The translations under genes and the position numbers were made by a program. Below the pieces are notes generated by a model. It was not told where the DNA came from. It made no database searches and worked only from the letters and a program-made list of their open reading frames with translations. A DNA stretch of 58,347 nt, taken from assembly GCA_051294375.1 (NCBI GenBank), contig CM119271.1:4262776-4321122 (forward strand). Direction: 5' to 3'. The DNA is from Paraspadella gotoi (lineage: Eukaryota > Animalia > Chaetognatha). This document shows, piece after piece, positions 26,601 to 50,584 of the stretch; positions within the stretch are counted from its first letter, which is position 1, and every line of letters starts with the position of its first letter.

Positions 26601-29017
26601 TAGCCGTTAAACCCGTGGGTCTCGGACCTACTTATCCGGGAGGCACTTGTCCTGGAGCTATTGTCGCTGGGAATAGAAATTTCAGAGGGTGTTCCATGCG
26701 CCTGAGATCCACCAGGATTAGCTCTGGGCGGAATGGAGACCCATCTGGAGGTAAGGTTCCAAACGGCGGTCTTGACCTTTGGTCGGGACTCGACCATGTC
26801 CGGGAATCCCCGTGTTCCTCGTCAGATCCGTAACCGTCTCTTCGATCGTCTTCCTCTACCGTTTTCCCCGCCGTTCCCTGGATTTTCATCTCCAGCATCG
26901 CATGTTCAGTGGTGACTCGTTTTAGCGCCCCCAATAGCTCCTCCGGCTCGAGTAACTCTCGGCTCTCGACGAAAACCGCCACGAGAAGAGGCTGGACCCG
27001 CCGCTGCGTTGCACGTGCTCGAAGCGGGCCTCGTTCGGCTCCATGTGGCGCCGTGCTTCCCCGTCAAAAGATTGCGAACGAGAGTGAGTTGCTTCGTGTA
27101 GCTGTGAAAGCGTTGGATGTAGTTTAAGACGGCAGCGACGGCGAAAACGAACAAAATTCCCGCTGTGATTAGGAACGAGTTGACGGCTAAATGATATATG
27201 CTGGGGTTGGGGACGAACAAATCACGGTCCATTTTTCCAGCTGTTTTCCACGTCGTGATAGAAAAAAAAAAATTTTGGGGTTGTTTTTTCAAACCTAATT
27301 AACTTTGAGCGAAAAATAAAGAAGTTGAAGATAAAAAGAGGACAGACGAAAAGGCGGGATACTCAAGATTAAATATTTCTAACCTCCATAAAACAGATTC
27401 AATTCGAAAATCTTTCCACTATGATCGATTGAGACGTCTTTCAAAAATCAAACGCAACAAAGGGATTAGGCAACACAGATATCGTAAAAGAATGAAAGCC
27501 TAAATTTTTGAAACGAGTACACAGAATAAAATCAATCCTAAAAAAAAATCGCAAAATTCCTTAATTTCAGTTTATTAGTTATAATTTTTTTTTAAAAATC
27601 TTTAAGAGAAAAGAAATTCTATTTCTTCATTCGATGAGGTAACTTTCTTATATAATAATTCTAATCACTATTTCCTCTTTATGTATGTCTCACTTTTCTT
27701 TTTTTCATCTTACAAAAAAACACACAACAATAGATCGACCCGCCAACTCACTCACTCACTCACTCACTCACTCACTCACTCACTCACTCACTCACTCACT
27801 CACTCACCCCCTCCCTCACTTCCTCTCCCCTCAGCCTCGGTAGAGGGCGTCTTCTTAATCGTCGTTCTCGTCGTCGCCCTCCTCGTCGTCATCGTCGTCG
27901 TCTGCGTCGTCGTTCTCGTCGTCCGCCTCATCTTTCGACTCGTCAATCTGCGCGCGCAACGGAAGATGCGCGTGGAGAAACTGCGGCGTTCCTTGTCGTG
28001 GGGCGTGGTCGATAGCGTCCACGCGGTGTATCCCGGGAGGTGAGAACGAAGGGATTCGAAGATCCATGTATATGTATATGTATATGTTTGTCTTCCCAAT
28101 TTTTTTTTCTCTCTCTATCCGATCTTGCCGATCTTTTGCTTGAGCAAACAATGTCGGATCTTCCCACGTTCATTATCGGTAATTAACAATTAATAATAAT
28201 TAATAATTAATTAATTCAAGTTAATTAATTAATTAACTAGGCAATTAATTAATTAATTTGATTCGAAATGTTTGTTTTGATTAATTGATTTATTAATCAA
28301 TTATTGATTAATTAATTAACTAATTGATTAATTAACTGATTAATTATTTGATTAGGGACAGACAGACTGACAGACAGACAGACGGATGGACATAATTTTT
28401 TTTGCATAATTTATCATAATTCGATGTTCCGACGAGATTGAAGGGGCGGACCGACGGACCGACAAAGTGAATTATAGAGTCGGGATCTGCTGACAAGCAG
28501 ATCCGACTAAAAATTTTGTCAGAAAATGGTTTTCTTATCTTTTTATTTATTTTTTTTGCAATATAAAAACTTTGTTAGAAAATAGTTTTCTTATCTTTTT
28601 ATTTATTTATTTTTTATTTATTTATTTTTTTTTTTGGTTTTGCCCAGACCGGTCAAATCAGCTTCCGCCGACGCCAACTTATGCTTGGAAACGACAAACA
28701 ACAACGACGATCCTGACTACGACGTTATCGACGACGACGATGACGACGACGAAGGCTTCGGCGACGGAAAACGCGACTCGGGCGACGATCCTCGCTCAAC
28801 AAACGAGATGCTCCATCTGCCGCAAATGCAGCAACCGCCTCGAGGTTCGCAACCTCCAATTTCCCGCGGATCTCAACCGCCGCAGCAACGCGGGCCGCCC
28901 GGGTCGTACGAACCGCACGACGTTCCGCCCGGCCACGAGTACGACGTGCCCCAAGGGCCGGCCTACGCGGCTCCGATGCCGCGCCATTTCTTGACTTCGT
29001 GGAAGAAGAGTAGATAA
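20696..29017 (+). CDS. Uncharacterised single-pass type I membrane protein, 6 exons: 20696-21232, 21312-21415, 21669-21801, 22663-22933, 27835-28039, 28648-29017 (about 539 aa)
   Basis: All introns are GT-AG with matching phases (0,2,0,1,2), giving one open frame. Signal-peptide-like start MVAPSQTTFLFLQALVILTEHLLNA; Cys-containing ectodomain with several NxS/T sequons; Thr-rich stalk (TTMTTNVTTTNLTT); TM segment VFLIVVLVVALLVVIVVVCVVVLVV followed by a basic stretch; acidic/Pro-rich tail with DYDVI, YEP and YDVP. The exon 4 acceptor could instead be at 22601, and the extreme C-terminal frame differs between copies. Confidence 0.8.
21835..22100 (-). mobile_element. tRNA(Met-like)-derived SINE-like element (copy at ~8474-8726)
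   Basis: GC-richer island in an AT-rich intron. Minus strand 22031-21962 reads GACCCGG TGGCTCATTGAG (A-box-like) ... CTCATGA ... GGGTTCAATCC (B box); cloverleaf stems are imperfect. Confidence 0.5.
22290..22500. repeat. AT-rich interspersed repeat, also at ~25670-25860 (and ~8925-9130, ~12415-12620)
   Basis: Shared diverged core AAAATCATC...GATGATGATTTTT...TTTTGACC...AAAGAATTATA..T.GTGCAGACAACTTTTTAT..GCTATCT in two different introns. Confidence 0.55.
23091..23134 (+). ncRNA. Degenerate hammerhead ribozyme of the same family
   Basis: AGCG-CCGAGGA-A-GGCTT-gtaatgta-AAGCT-GAAA-CAT-GTC-TGTT has the same architecture as 24346-24388, but the core reads CCGAGGA rather than CTGANGA. Confidence 0.55.
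23429..27232 (-). CDS. Condensation-domain/alcohol acetyltransferase-like CoA-dependent acyltransferase with N-terminal membrane anchor; exons 27232-26009, 25275-24622, 23758-23429
   Basis: Motifs KPFDSSTGPLWRV, FTFHHAIADG (HHxxxDG catalytic motif), ELDALLRRCRVHNCKLHGTLQA, FWDLAKSM and MMSNYG appear in the expected order. Both introns are phase-0 GT-AG. N-terminal hydrophobic segment LAVNSFLITAGILFVFAVAAVL. Exon 1 has apparent frameshifts, probably sequencing indels. Confidence 0.8.
24074..24258 (+). mobile_element. tRNA(Gly-CCC-like)-derived SINE (copy at ~10793-10982)
   Basis: 72-nt tRNA-like head at 24074-24145 with acceptor stem GCGGCCA/TGGTCGC, T-arm CCGGG-GTTCAAG-CCCGG (B box) and CTCCCAA loop, but a broken anticodon stem. 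It is followed by a unique body and an AAC/AAT-rich tail. Confidence 0.65.
24288..24468. mobile_element. About 180-bp foldback (arms of about 77 bp) containing the hammerhead; probable inverted pseudo-LTR remnant of a Penelope-like retroelement (also at ~11012-11187)
   Basis: ATTTGCAGGAATAA...GAAACGGACATGTTTCGGCTT is the near-perfect reverse complement of AAGCCGAAACATGTCCGTTTC...TTATTCCTGCAAAT. Inverted pLTRs with hammerheads are an established PLE feature. Confidence 0.65.
24346..24388 (-). ncRNA. Minimal type I hammerhead ribozyme of Penelope-like-element type
   Basis: Minus strand reads AACG-CTGATGA-A-GGCTT-gtaaact-AAGCC-GAAA-C-AT-G-TC-CGTT. It has an intact CUGAUGA/GAAA core, stem II GGCTT/AAGCC, a minimal stem III in the palindromic ACATGT, a GUC cleavage triplet and stem I AACG/CGTT. 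Confidence 0.8.
27746..27806. repeat. (ACTC)n microsatellite just upstream of the TM exon acceptor
   Basis: Direct inspection. Confidence 0.95.
28355..28512 (-). mobile_element. Helentron/DINE-1-like non-autonomous element fragment (copies at ~32888-33045 and ~50585-50760)
   Basis: (GACA)n/GGAC microsatellite, then ACAAAGTGAATTATAG and a terminal hairpin AGTCGG(G)ATCTGC-tgacaa-GCAGATCCGACT abutting a T-run on the minus strand. A diverged copy recurs outside the duplicated block at 50.7 kb. Confidence 0.5.
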
Positions 29018-29810
29018 AGCGGAGAGCGGGGAAAGCGATGCATTGGGATTCGGCATCTGATACACAATCCGCCTTTGCGAACAATGCAATGTCTTTGGTT
29101 AGCGAATTCCGATAACAGTTTATCACTGTTCATTGTACAATGTACATGGAGAATTTCGTTCAAACAGCAAATGTTAAAATGTGGAAGATATATGTAATTA
29201 TATATACTAAGAAGACACGTGGTCGCGGGTAAAATGTTGTCGAACGTTTTGGATAAAAAAAATAGATACTGTAGTTGTAAATTTTTCTCGCATTAAGCTG
29301 AGATTAATAGAACAGTTTACACTGTACATGCGCAGAACTTTCAAATTATGAATAAAACGGTTTGTCAAAGCTAATTTTATTTTTTCGCAAGCTACAAATT
29401 CACGTATGTATTATTAACAACAAACTTATCATAATGAAAAACAGCATGAATAAGATATAATCAAAGACGAAGTCCCTTTTTTCATATCAAAATACTACAA
29501 TGGCGAACCGTAAAATGTAGTAAGACAAATATCGAGTATAACGATACAAAGAAGACCAGCATTGCAAAGATATTAGTTCAATGTAGAAAACTAACGATAA
29601 TGCTCGTATTATTTATAATACTTTTTATCATGGAACATAAGTTTTCATAACAGTAAATAATGTAGAATTTGTGTTTGATATTCTAATCCTCCATAACTTA
29701 AACCCGAATAACTTTTAATTTGAGATTACTTTAAATATTTTTTTCCATCAAAATTCTCGCTCGCAATAACAAAAATCTTTGAAAAATTGTCTTTTGTCTT
29801 TTGTTTTTTT

Positions 29811-30586
29811 TCAGAGTAGATTCGGCTCCTGTTTAACACGACCGGCGACTCCCGCGCCACCAACGACGGCGCCGCCCACGATCGGCGTCAGCGGAGGCAT
29901 CGTCGTCGTCGCCCCTGTCGTCGTCGTCGTCGCCATCGTCGTCGGATCGCCCTCCGAGACGGCGCCGCGCACTTGTTCGATCTTGATGTTCGAAGATGTC
30001 GCTGTGTTCATTTGCATCAAATCTTGCAGGGTTCCTGTCGGCGGAATGAGAAAACAAAATGACAGTTTGGGTTGATCGAGATGACTGGAGTAAAAATACT
30101 TATGAAAATGGAAAGATAACGTGTTATATTAGTATATCAAATTGCATATTAAATTGTAAAAAAAAGTTTACTATAGTTTAGGTAGATAATAAATTCGATT
30201 ATTAGCCGTAATTGATAGCATTAATCTCAAAGTTTTAAAAAGTACGTATATAGACTTGTTAGGAGCCCAAATAATGAATAAATAATAAAGAAAGAAATAA
30301 GAAATAATAAAAGAAACCAAAAAAAAAAAGAGATTAAAAGGGAAAAATAAACGAAAAAATTTGACCTAAAAACATTCAGTCTTTACTTACCAGTAGAGGG
30401 CGTGGCGGACAAGGCGTTCATAGAGAAAAGCGAGGACGCCGTCGACGTCGCTGACGGATCCATGAACGACGCCTGATGAGCGCCAGTTCCGGCGGAAGAG
30501 GCGTTGCCGATCACTCCGCCAACGAGGTGGCCTGTATGGATGATTGATTGATCTTGAATTGATGGAAAAATCCCTCTCTCTCTTCT

Positions 30587-30678
<92 letters not shown>

Positions 30679-30808
30679 ACCAATCTGGGGTCCAACGGAA
30701 GTGGCGCCGGGAGAGGCGGCGCTCCGGACGGGTCGAGTGGGATTCGCGTCCAGCGTCGGTGATTCTGAAAAGAAGAGGAAACGCGTCAATGAATAAAGAG
30801 AGAGAGAT

Positions 30809-30839
<31 letters not shown>

Positions 30840-31447
30840 GAGAGAGAGAGAGGAGAGAGAGAGAGGAGAGAAAACGAGAAAAGCTGACAGGAACTTACCC
30901 ATAAGGCGTGGCCGAGTAAGTCATGGATGGGATGTGAGGAAAGGAAGAGGATCCGGCGAGCGGCGCGTAGTGATTGACGGTGCCGCGTTGCGAGGGCGTT
31001 GTCGTTGCGTGAGTGGCGCCGCCGTCTGTGACGGTGAGATTTTAGAGAAGATGGTTTTGTGTTAAGATAATCACGTTAGCTCAAGATCCTCTCACTTTTT
31101 ATATTATTATATAACTTATTGAAAATAATATTATATATCATTTTCATGTTTTGTTTTGTTTTGTATTGTTTAATTGTTTAATTGTTTAGTGAAACCAAAC
31201 CCCGCCCAGCTTCTGCATTCTGCAATATACAATTTTCACAAAATGCCGCACTACCTTTTCCACTCCCCTTCCCTCCGCCTCGTAAATCACTCTATTCTTA
31301 ATAAAACTCACTGTAAGGTAAGTTATGGGTTGATGGATGTGGTGTTGACCCGGCTGCAGCCACGCCGCGCGGTCGTGTGTTGAAGGCAGCATAGGCTGAG
31401 GAGGATGTGCTGAGGTAAGGGGGAGGGTTCGACGTCGGGTACGGATC
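29811..31447 (-). pseudogene. repo: Duplicate of the five 3' exons of repo
   Basis: Colinear with 34336-36267; last exon reads NLQDLMQMNTATSSNIKIEQ...GRVKQEPNLL* intact here; no homeobox exon in this copy before the N gap at 31858. Confidence 0.65.
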
Positions 31448-32352
31448 TGCGGGGTGGAGAGATTCAGGGTAAGTTAAGGATATGTAAAATCGGGTCTCGA
31501 TTATTTTTGCTGCTTTCATTTTTTATTGACATCATTTGATATCTTGTCATTATTTTTTTAAATTTTGTTCGAGAAGTACATATAAAAACTTCCAATTTAA
31601 CTTGTAAAAATCTTAAAAAAATCCCTAAATCTTTAATATTCTAATTTGATACTGTTTCACAACACCCGGATGTGAGCTCGACCAATCTCTCAAACTTCCA
31701 CCTGTCCGTTCACAGAGGATTTGACAATAGTTGTCGATTTCTGAGTTTCTCCACTTTTGGAGAAAAGCGGATCGGATATTTGTCAGATATTTTATCTCTA
31801 GTAGGGTTTGAATAATTCTTTTTGTGCTCGTCATTAAAGTTTTGCCCAAACTAGTCANNNNNNNNNNNNNNNNNNNNNNNNNAAAAGAGAAGAGATCCTC
31901 CATAAAACAGATTCAATTCGAAAATCTTTCCACTATGATCGATTGAGACGTCTTTCAAAATCAAAACGCAACAAAGGGATTAGGCAACACAGATATCGTA
32001 AAAGAATGAAAGCCTAAATTTTTGGAAACGAGTACACAGAATAAAATCAATCCTAAAAAATCGCAAAATTCCTTAATTTCAGTTTATTAGTTATAATTTT
32101 TTTTTAAAATCTTTAAGAGAAAAGAAATTCTATTTCTTCATTCGATGAGGGTAACTTTCTATATATAATAATTCTAATCACTATTTCCTCTTTATGTATG
32201 TTCTCACTTTTCTTTTTTTCATCTTACAAAAAAAACACACAACATAGATCGACCCGCAACTCACCTCTCACTCACTCTCTCACATTCACATCACTCACTC
32301 ACTCACTCACTCACTCACTCACTCACCCCCTCCCTCACTTCCTCTCCCTCAG

Positions 32353-33538
32353 CCTCGGTAGAGGGCGTCTTCTTAATCGTCGTTCTCGTCGTCGCCCTCG
32401 TCGTCGTCATCGTCGTCGTCTGCGTCGTCGTTCTCTTGTCGTCCGCCTCATCTTTTCGACTCCGTCAATCTGCGCGCGCAACGGAAGATGCGCGTGGAGA
32501 AACTGCGGCGTTCCTTGTCGTGGGGCGTGGTCGATAGCGTCCACGCGGTGTATCCCGGGAGGTGAGAACGAAGGGATTCGAAGATCCTTGTATATGTATA
32601 TGTTTGTCTTCCCAATTTTTTTTCTTCTCTCTAAATCCGCATCTTGCCGATCTTTGCTTGTGTTGCGATATGAAGAGAGCAAACAATGTCGGGTCTTCCC
32701 ACGTCATTATCGGTTAATTAACAATTATAATAATTAATAATTAATTAATTCAAGTTAATTAATTATTAACTAGGCAATTTAATTAATTAATTTGATCCGA
32801 AATGTTTGTTTTGTTTAATTGATTTATTAATCAATTATTGATATTAATTAACTAATTGATTAATTAACTGATTAATTATTTGATTTAGGGACAGACAGAC
32901 TGACAGAAAGACAGACGGATGGACATAACTTTTTTTGCATAATTTATCATAATTGCGATGTTCCGACGAGATTGAAGGGGCGGACCGAACGGACCGACAA
33001 AGTGAATTAAGAGTCGGGATCTGCTGACAAGCAGACCGACTAAAAATTTGTCAGAAAATGGTTTTCTTATCTTTTTATTTATTTTTTTTGCAAATAAAAA
33101 CTTTGTTAGAAAATAGTTTTCTTATCTTTTTTATTTATTTATTTTTTATTATTATTTTTTTTTTTTGGGTTTTGCCCAGACGGTCAAAATCAGCTTCCGC
33201 CGACGCCAACTTATGCTTGGAAACGAAAACAACAACGACGATCCTGACTACGACGTTATCGACGACGACGATCGACGAGACCGAAGCTTCGGCGACGGAA
33301 AACGCGAACTGCGGGCGACGATCCTCGCTCACAAACGAGATGCTCCATCTGCCGCAAATGCAGCAACGCCTCGAGGTTCGCAACCTCGCGGATCTCAACC
33401 GCCGCAGCAACGCGGGCCGCCGCGGGTCGTACGAAGCCGACGACGTTCCGCCCGGCCACGAGTACGACGTGCCCCAGGGCGGCCTACGCGGCTCCGATGC
33501 CGCGCCATTTCTTGACTTCGTGGAAGAAGAGTAGATAA
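32353..33538 (+). pseudogene. Duplicate of the TM and cytoplasmic-tail exons of the membrane-protein gene
   Basis: Colinear with 27835-29017, with indels. Confidence 0.65.
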
Positions 33539-34335
33539 AGCGAGAGCGGGGAAAGCGATGCATTGGGATTCGGCATCTGATACACAATCCGCCTTTGCGA
33601 ACAATGCAAATGTCTTTGGTTAGCCGATTCCGATAACAGTTTATCACTGTTCATTGTACAATGTAATGGAGAATTTCGTTCAATACAGCAAATGTTAAAT
33701 AGTGGAAGATATATGTAATTATATATACTAAGAAGACACGTGGTCGCGGGTAAAATGTTGTCGAACGTTTTGATAAAAAAAATAGATACTGTAGTTGTTA
33801 ATTTTTTCGTCGCATTAAAGCTGAGATTAATGAACAGTTTACACTGTACATTGCGGCAGAACTTTCAAATTATGATAAAAACGGTTTGTCAAAGCTAATT
33901 TATTTTTCGCAAGCTACAAATTCACGTATGTATTATTAACAACAAAACTTATCATAATATGAAAACAGATGAATAAGATATAATCAAAGAGACGAAGTCC
34001 CTTTTTTTCATATCAAATACTACAATGGCGAACCGTAAAATGTAGAAGACAAATATCGAGTATAACGATACAAAGAAGACCAGCATTGCAAGATATTAGT
34101 TCAATGTAGAAAACTAACGTAATGCTCGTATTATTTATAATACTTTTTATCAGGAACATAAGTTTTCATAACAGTAAATAATGTAGAATTTGTGTTTGAT
34201 ATTCTTAATCCTCCATAACTTAAACCCGAATAACTTTAATTTGAGATTACTTTAAATATTTTTTTTCCATCAAAAATTCTCGCTCGCAATAACAAAAATC
34301 TTTGAAAAAATTGTCTTTTGTCTTTTTGTTTTTTT

Positions 34336-46427
<12,092 letters not shown>

Positions 46428-47467
46428 TTTTTTCTCCTTCTTTTTTTTTTTTTTTTTGTCAATTTAATTTTATTTTTGACGTGAAAAAAAAAATAAACCC
46501 GGGGAGAGGTGCTAATAGGCTGAAAACGAGGGGAGATGTAAATATCTCGATAAAATCAATTTAACTTAGTATAAATTGATTAATATGAAGCCGGAGAGAG
46601 AGAGAGAGAGAGAGAGAGCTCTTAACACAATAAGAGGGGAACGGCGTTTCTCGTCCCGCTCGCTAAATTGATAAGGAATCGTTTTATTTAAATCAGTTTA
46701 GATCAATTAGTCGCTTTTTTGGGGGGTTTGCTCTCTCTCTCTACATATATATTTTCTTCTTCTTTCTTTTTTTTTCGGTTAAGAGAGAGAGAGAGAGAGA
46801 GAGAAAGATCTGGAGTTGATGAAATTTAATTCAATTCCGTTTGTGAAGATGACGCCGAGCCTTTCGCGCTCCGGGATTATAACCCCCCGATTTCGCCGTC
46901 GTCGTCGTCGTCGTCGTCGTTGCCCCTCTCCGTTCGATAAAAACTATCGCCAAAGTCGTCGTCGTCTTCGTCGTCGTCTTCGTCCTCATCGTCGTCGTCT
47001 TCGTCGTCGTCTTCGTCATCTCTTCGGCGGGAAGCGAAAGCCGCGTTCAAACTCGGGAGCGGAGAAAAGGGGAAAAAGTGAAAAAGTTCGCGGATCACAC
47101 GAGTTTTTTTTTAAGATGATATTTTTAAAACGCCGTTTAGTTTATTACTTTCGATTGACCTTGATTATTTTTAAAAGTTAAATTGTTTCCTTATATATAT
47201 ATCTAGATTTGGGAAAAAAATTTTATAGCGAACTTTCCAGCTAATATAATTATACATAGAACTATAACCGTTAGCTTATTCGTGATTTAAAATGAGTTAC
47301 GTTTATATTAAATAACAATTCTGCTTAAGCTTTAGCATTTCGTAACTTATTTAAAAACGTGCTGCTTAATTTTGTCTCTATTCTTTTTCTTTTATCTGTT
47401 ATGTTTAACGTGAAAAGCAATTTTCACTGGATACATCCCATCCGCGATTTTAACTTCCTCTCTCTCT

Positions 47468-47511
<44 letters not shown>

Positions 47512-48222
47512 ATCTCTCTTCTCTCTCTCTCCTCTCTCTCTCTCTCTCCTCTCATCTTCTCTACATTGTTTTTTCCTGTGGTGCCTTTTATGGGGGTTAT
47601 ACTTGGTTTCCTTTAGCCTTTTCTTAACCAGTTCTTTGCATCTTACGTTGATAAATTTGGATTTCAAACTTTAACGCCAGAGCTCCGAGTCAAATCCCGT
47701 TTTGTTACGATCCTCTACGCTAATCTGAGTGAGTGCATAATGTTATACTCAAGATTTCACAAATCATACTATCTTTTCTCTTTCCCAGGACTTTTAACGC
47801 TCTTCTCTCTCCTCTCCATCTCTCTCTCTCTTCCATCTCTCTCGCATTCATCTCTCTCTCTCTCTCTCTCTTCTCTCTCTTCTCAAACCAAAGCCATAGC
47901 ATAAACTCGTTTCAATCCTTACGGCCGACCGTATGACACAAAAGTACTCGGAGTCAATCATTTCTCTATACAAATTAACGAAGATGGACGAACGACGCAC
48001 AGAACGACGACGGACGACGACGGTCCAGAAGTCTTTCGATGGACTCGATCTCATCATTTTTTTTTCAGGGCAAGGAACTTCCTTCTTTCTTTTTTCTCTT
48101 TCTTTTTTCATTTCTTTTTTGGTATTCCATACATCACGTCAGATGCGACCCAAGAAATAAGAGCTCACAATCAGGAGTTTTAGACAACAGACCAAACCAA
48201 AAGTGCCACCTTGCACACGTGA

Positions 48223-48275
<53 letters not shown>

Positions 48276-48300
48276 CCTCTCTCTCTCTCCTCTCTCTCTC

Positions 48301-48348
<48 letters not shown>

Positions 48349-50584
48349 ACACCAATAAAGCCGACAAAAACGAAAAGCAAAGTGTGGCAGAGGCAGGAGA
48401 GCGACGGCGCATAAGAAAAACCGGGAAGGAAATACAGGAGTGGCAAAACAGAAGAGAAACGGGTGGGCGAGCTCAAAAGCGGGGCGCCGCAGGGGCAAAA
48501 AAATTCACCGAAATAAAGCGAGCCAAGAGAGAGTGGAAAAACGGGGGGCCGCAAATACCAAACTATCTACCAAAAGCCTGGAACGACGAACCCCGGGAGC
48601 CAAAAAGAAAGGAAGATATAACCAGAGAGGATGGAACTGCTACAGAGGCGAAGTTAAAAATGGAGGACCCCTGGTGGGGACCAGAACCGGTAGCAAAAAA
48701 AGAAAGGTAATGAGAAAAAATGAGTGACAGCGACAGAAGCCATAAGATAAAGGAAGGAACCCCGGGGTCGGGGGACCAGAATCGTCCCACCAAAGAACCC
48801 CAAAGGCCAAAGGAAAGAAAGAGACCAGAGCGAAAGACATGAGAAAGGAACGACGAGGCGAATGATATGCAACCCCCCGGACCCAAAAAAGATACAGGGC
48901 CCGTGGGACCGCCGCCAAAAAAGAGAAAATGGGATGGCCCAAGATGAGAGCATGCAAACCGGGAACATGAAGAAAAAACAGAGAACAAAGATATAAAAGT
49001 GCAAAATAAGCATGTGGAACATGCAGCGTCACACGTGCCAACCCCCAAATACCAAACCCTAACTCAGCCATGAAGCAAATAAAAGGAATGGATAAAAAAA
49101 CGCTGAAAATACTTGCCCGCAACTGCTTTTAAACAAAATAATCAAAAAAATTTGAAAAAAAAATTTTTTGACCATTTTGTGGCCCTCAGGGCTGTTTCCC
49201 TCAGGCCCTTTATCTCAGCTTTAGGGTTTTAGAATGTAAAAATTGCCTACAGATGAGTTTCCATTTGCTATCACAAACTGGTACTTTTCATTTAAATTCT
49301 ATCAGTACGTTTTCTCGGGAACGTGTTCTGGTCACAAAAAGTGGTACCACATTTTATAATATGAAGCCTTCTGTACCTTAAATTAGTAGAATAGATATCA
49401 GAAATTGATAAACTATCGTGTCAGCATCAAAGGCTCATAAAAACAAGTAACGATAATAAAGAGTAACATAAAGGGGAAAAAAAAGGCGCCCCGCGAAAAA
49501 TGTCCACAAATTGCCGGAGCGTTATTAACGGGTAGGTGGAAGTAATGTAAGGTTCGGAGCCAGTGGCAGGATGGCTGGAAATGACCAGAGGGCGAGTTTC
49601 TAGATAGCCTCTAACTACTACAGGCCCCATTATAGATTCACACCTAACAATACGCCCACCGTTAGTTCGCATTTGCGCGGCTCCGCAACCGGGTTGGCCG
49701 ACGAATTCGGGAAGGCGCCGATTGCCGAGGTGAAGGAGGGGCGAGACCTGATTGGGGTGCCTCGTCTCGGATGGCCACGTGTTCGAGCAACTTCGGACAT
49801 GCTTGTTCAGCGCCGCCCATGGGGCATCGCCTCGAGGTGCGAACACGTTTTGGATGATTGCGCGAATCGCCGGTCCGATGATCCGGGGGGGGGCGCAACA
49901 CGAAGCTAAAGAAACCGAAGCTGAGGTACTGAAAGTGTATTTGAGGGAGTTTTGTCGGTCATGACCCGGTTGCGGTCGCGATTTCCCGATCCTCTGATCC
50001 GTATGGACGTCGCTTGAAGGTCCCAATGGGCCACTTGACGCAGGATGCGGGGAAAACCCTTGAAACGTACAGAACACATCGATTATCTCAGAGGACTCGT
50101 CATAGAATGACGAGAACGAGCTCTGACGATTATAGTAAGAGAGCAGGCGATGGAGTGAACCACTTGGTCTGCAACTCTTCCGCTTCAGACACCACGTAAG
50201 TATATGTGCCACCGGACGGAGAATGGCCTTGCCAGCTATGTGGCGAGAAGTTTGCCGATTATGCCCACTTTGAGGCTAACGCTATACCTGAATTATGAGG
50301 GAAAAACAAGTATTGAGCAAACAATTTGCCGGCTCTGCCACGATACAATTAGCGAATTAAGCAGCTAATTATTAATACAGTTTGCAATTTTATATTTAAT
50401 CAAAAAAAATAAAAATCATAATCAATTAGTGAAAACAGTTTTTTTTTTTTTTCCATTTAAACACTCAATTTTCCTCGGACGATTCCTTCTAACTTGATGT
50501 CCAGATCAATCACACCTTCTTTACCCACACACACAATTTCAAGTAAATCGCCTCATCCACTAATTGGCGTTCCATTGCTTAAGG

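Noticed and set aside
46877-47040. Poly-Asp or poly-Arg ORF
   Set aside because: (GAC/GTC)n repeats are common in non-coding DNA here (e.g. 38120-38150, 58150-58183), and no convincing splice acceptor was found.
48350-49150. Overlapping 120-220 aa ORFs
   Set aside because: A-rich, homopolymer-laden sequence with no motifs or splice structure; probably a low-quality read segment.
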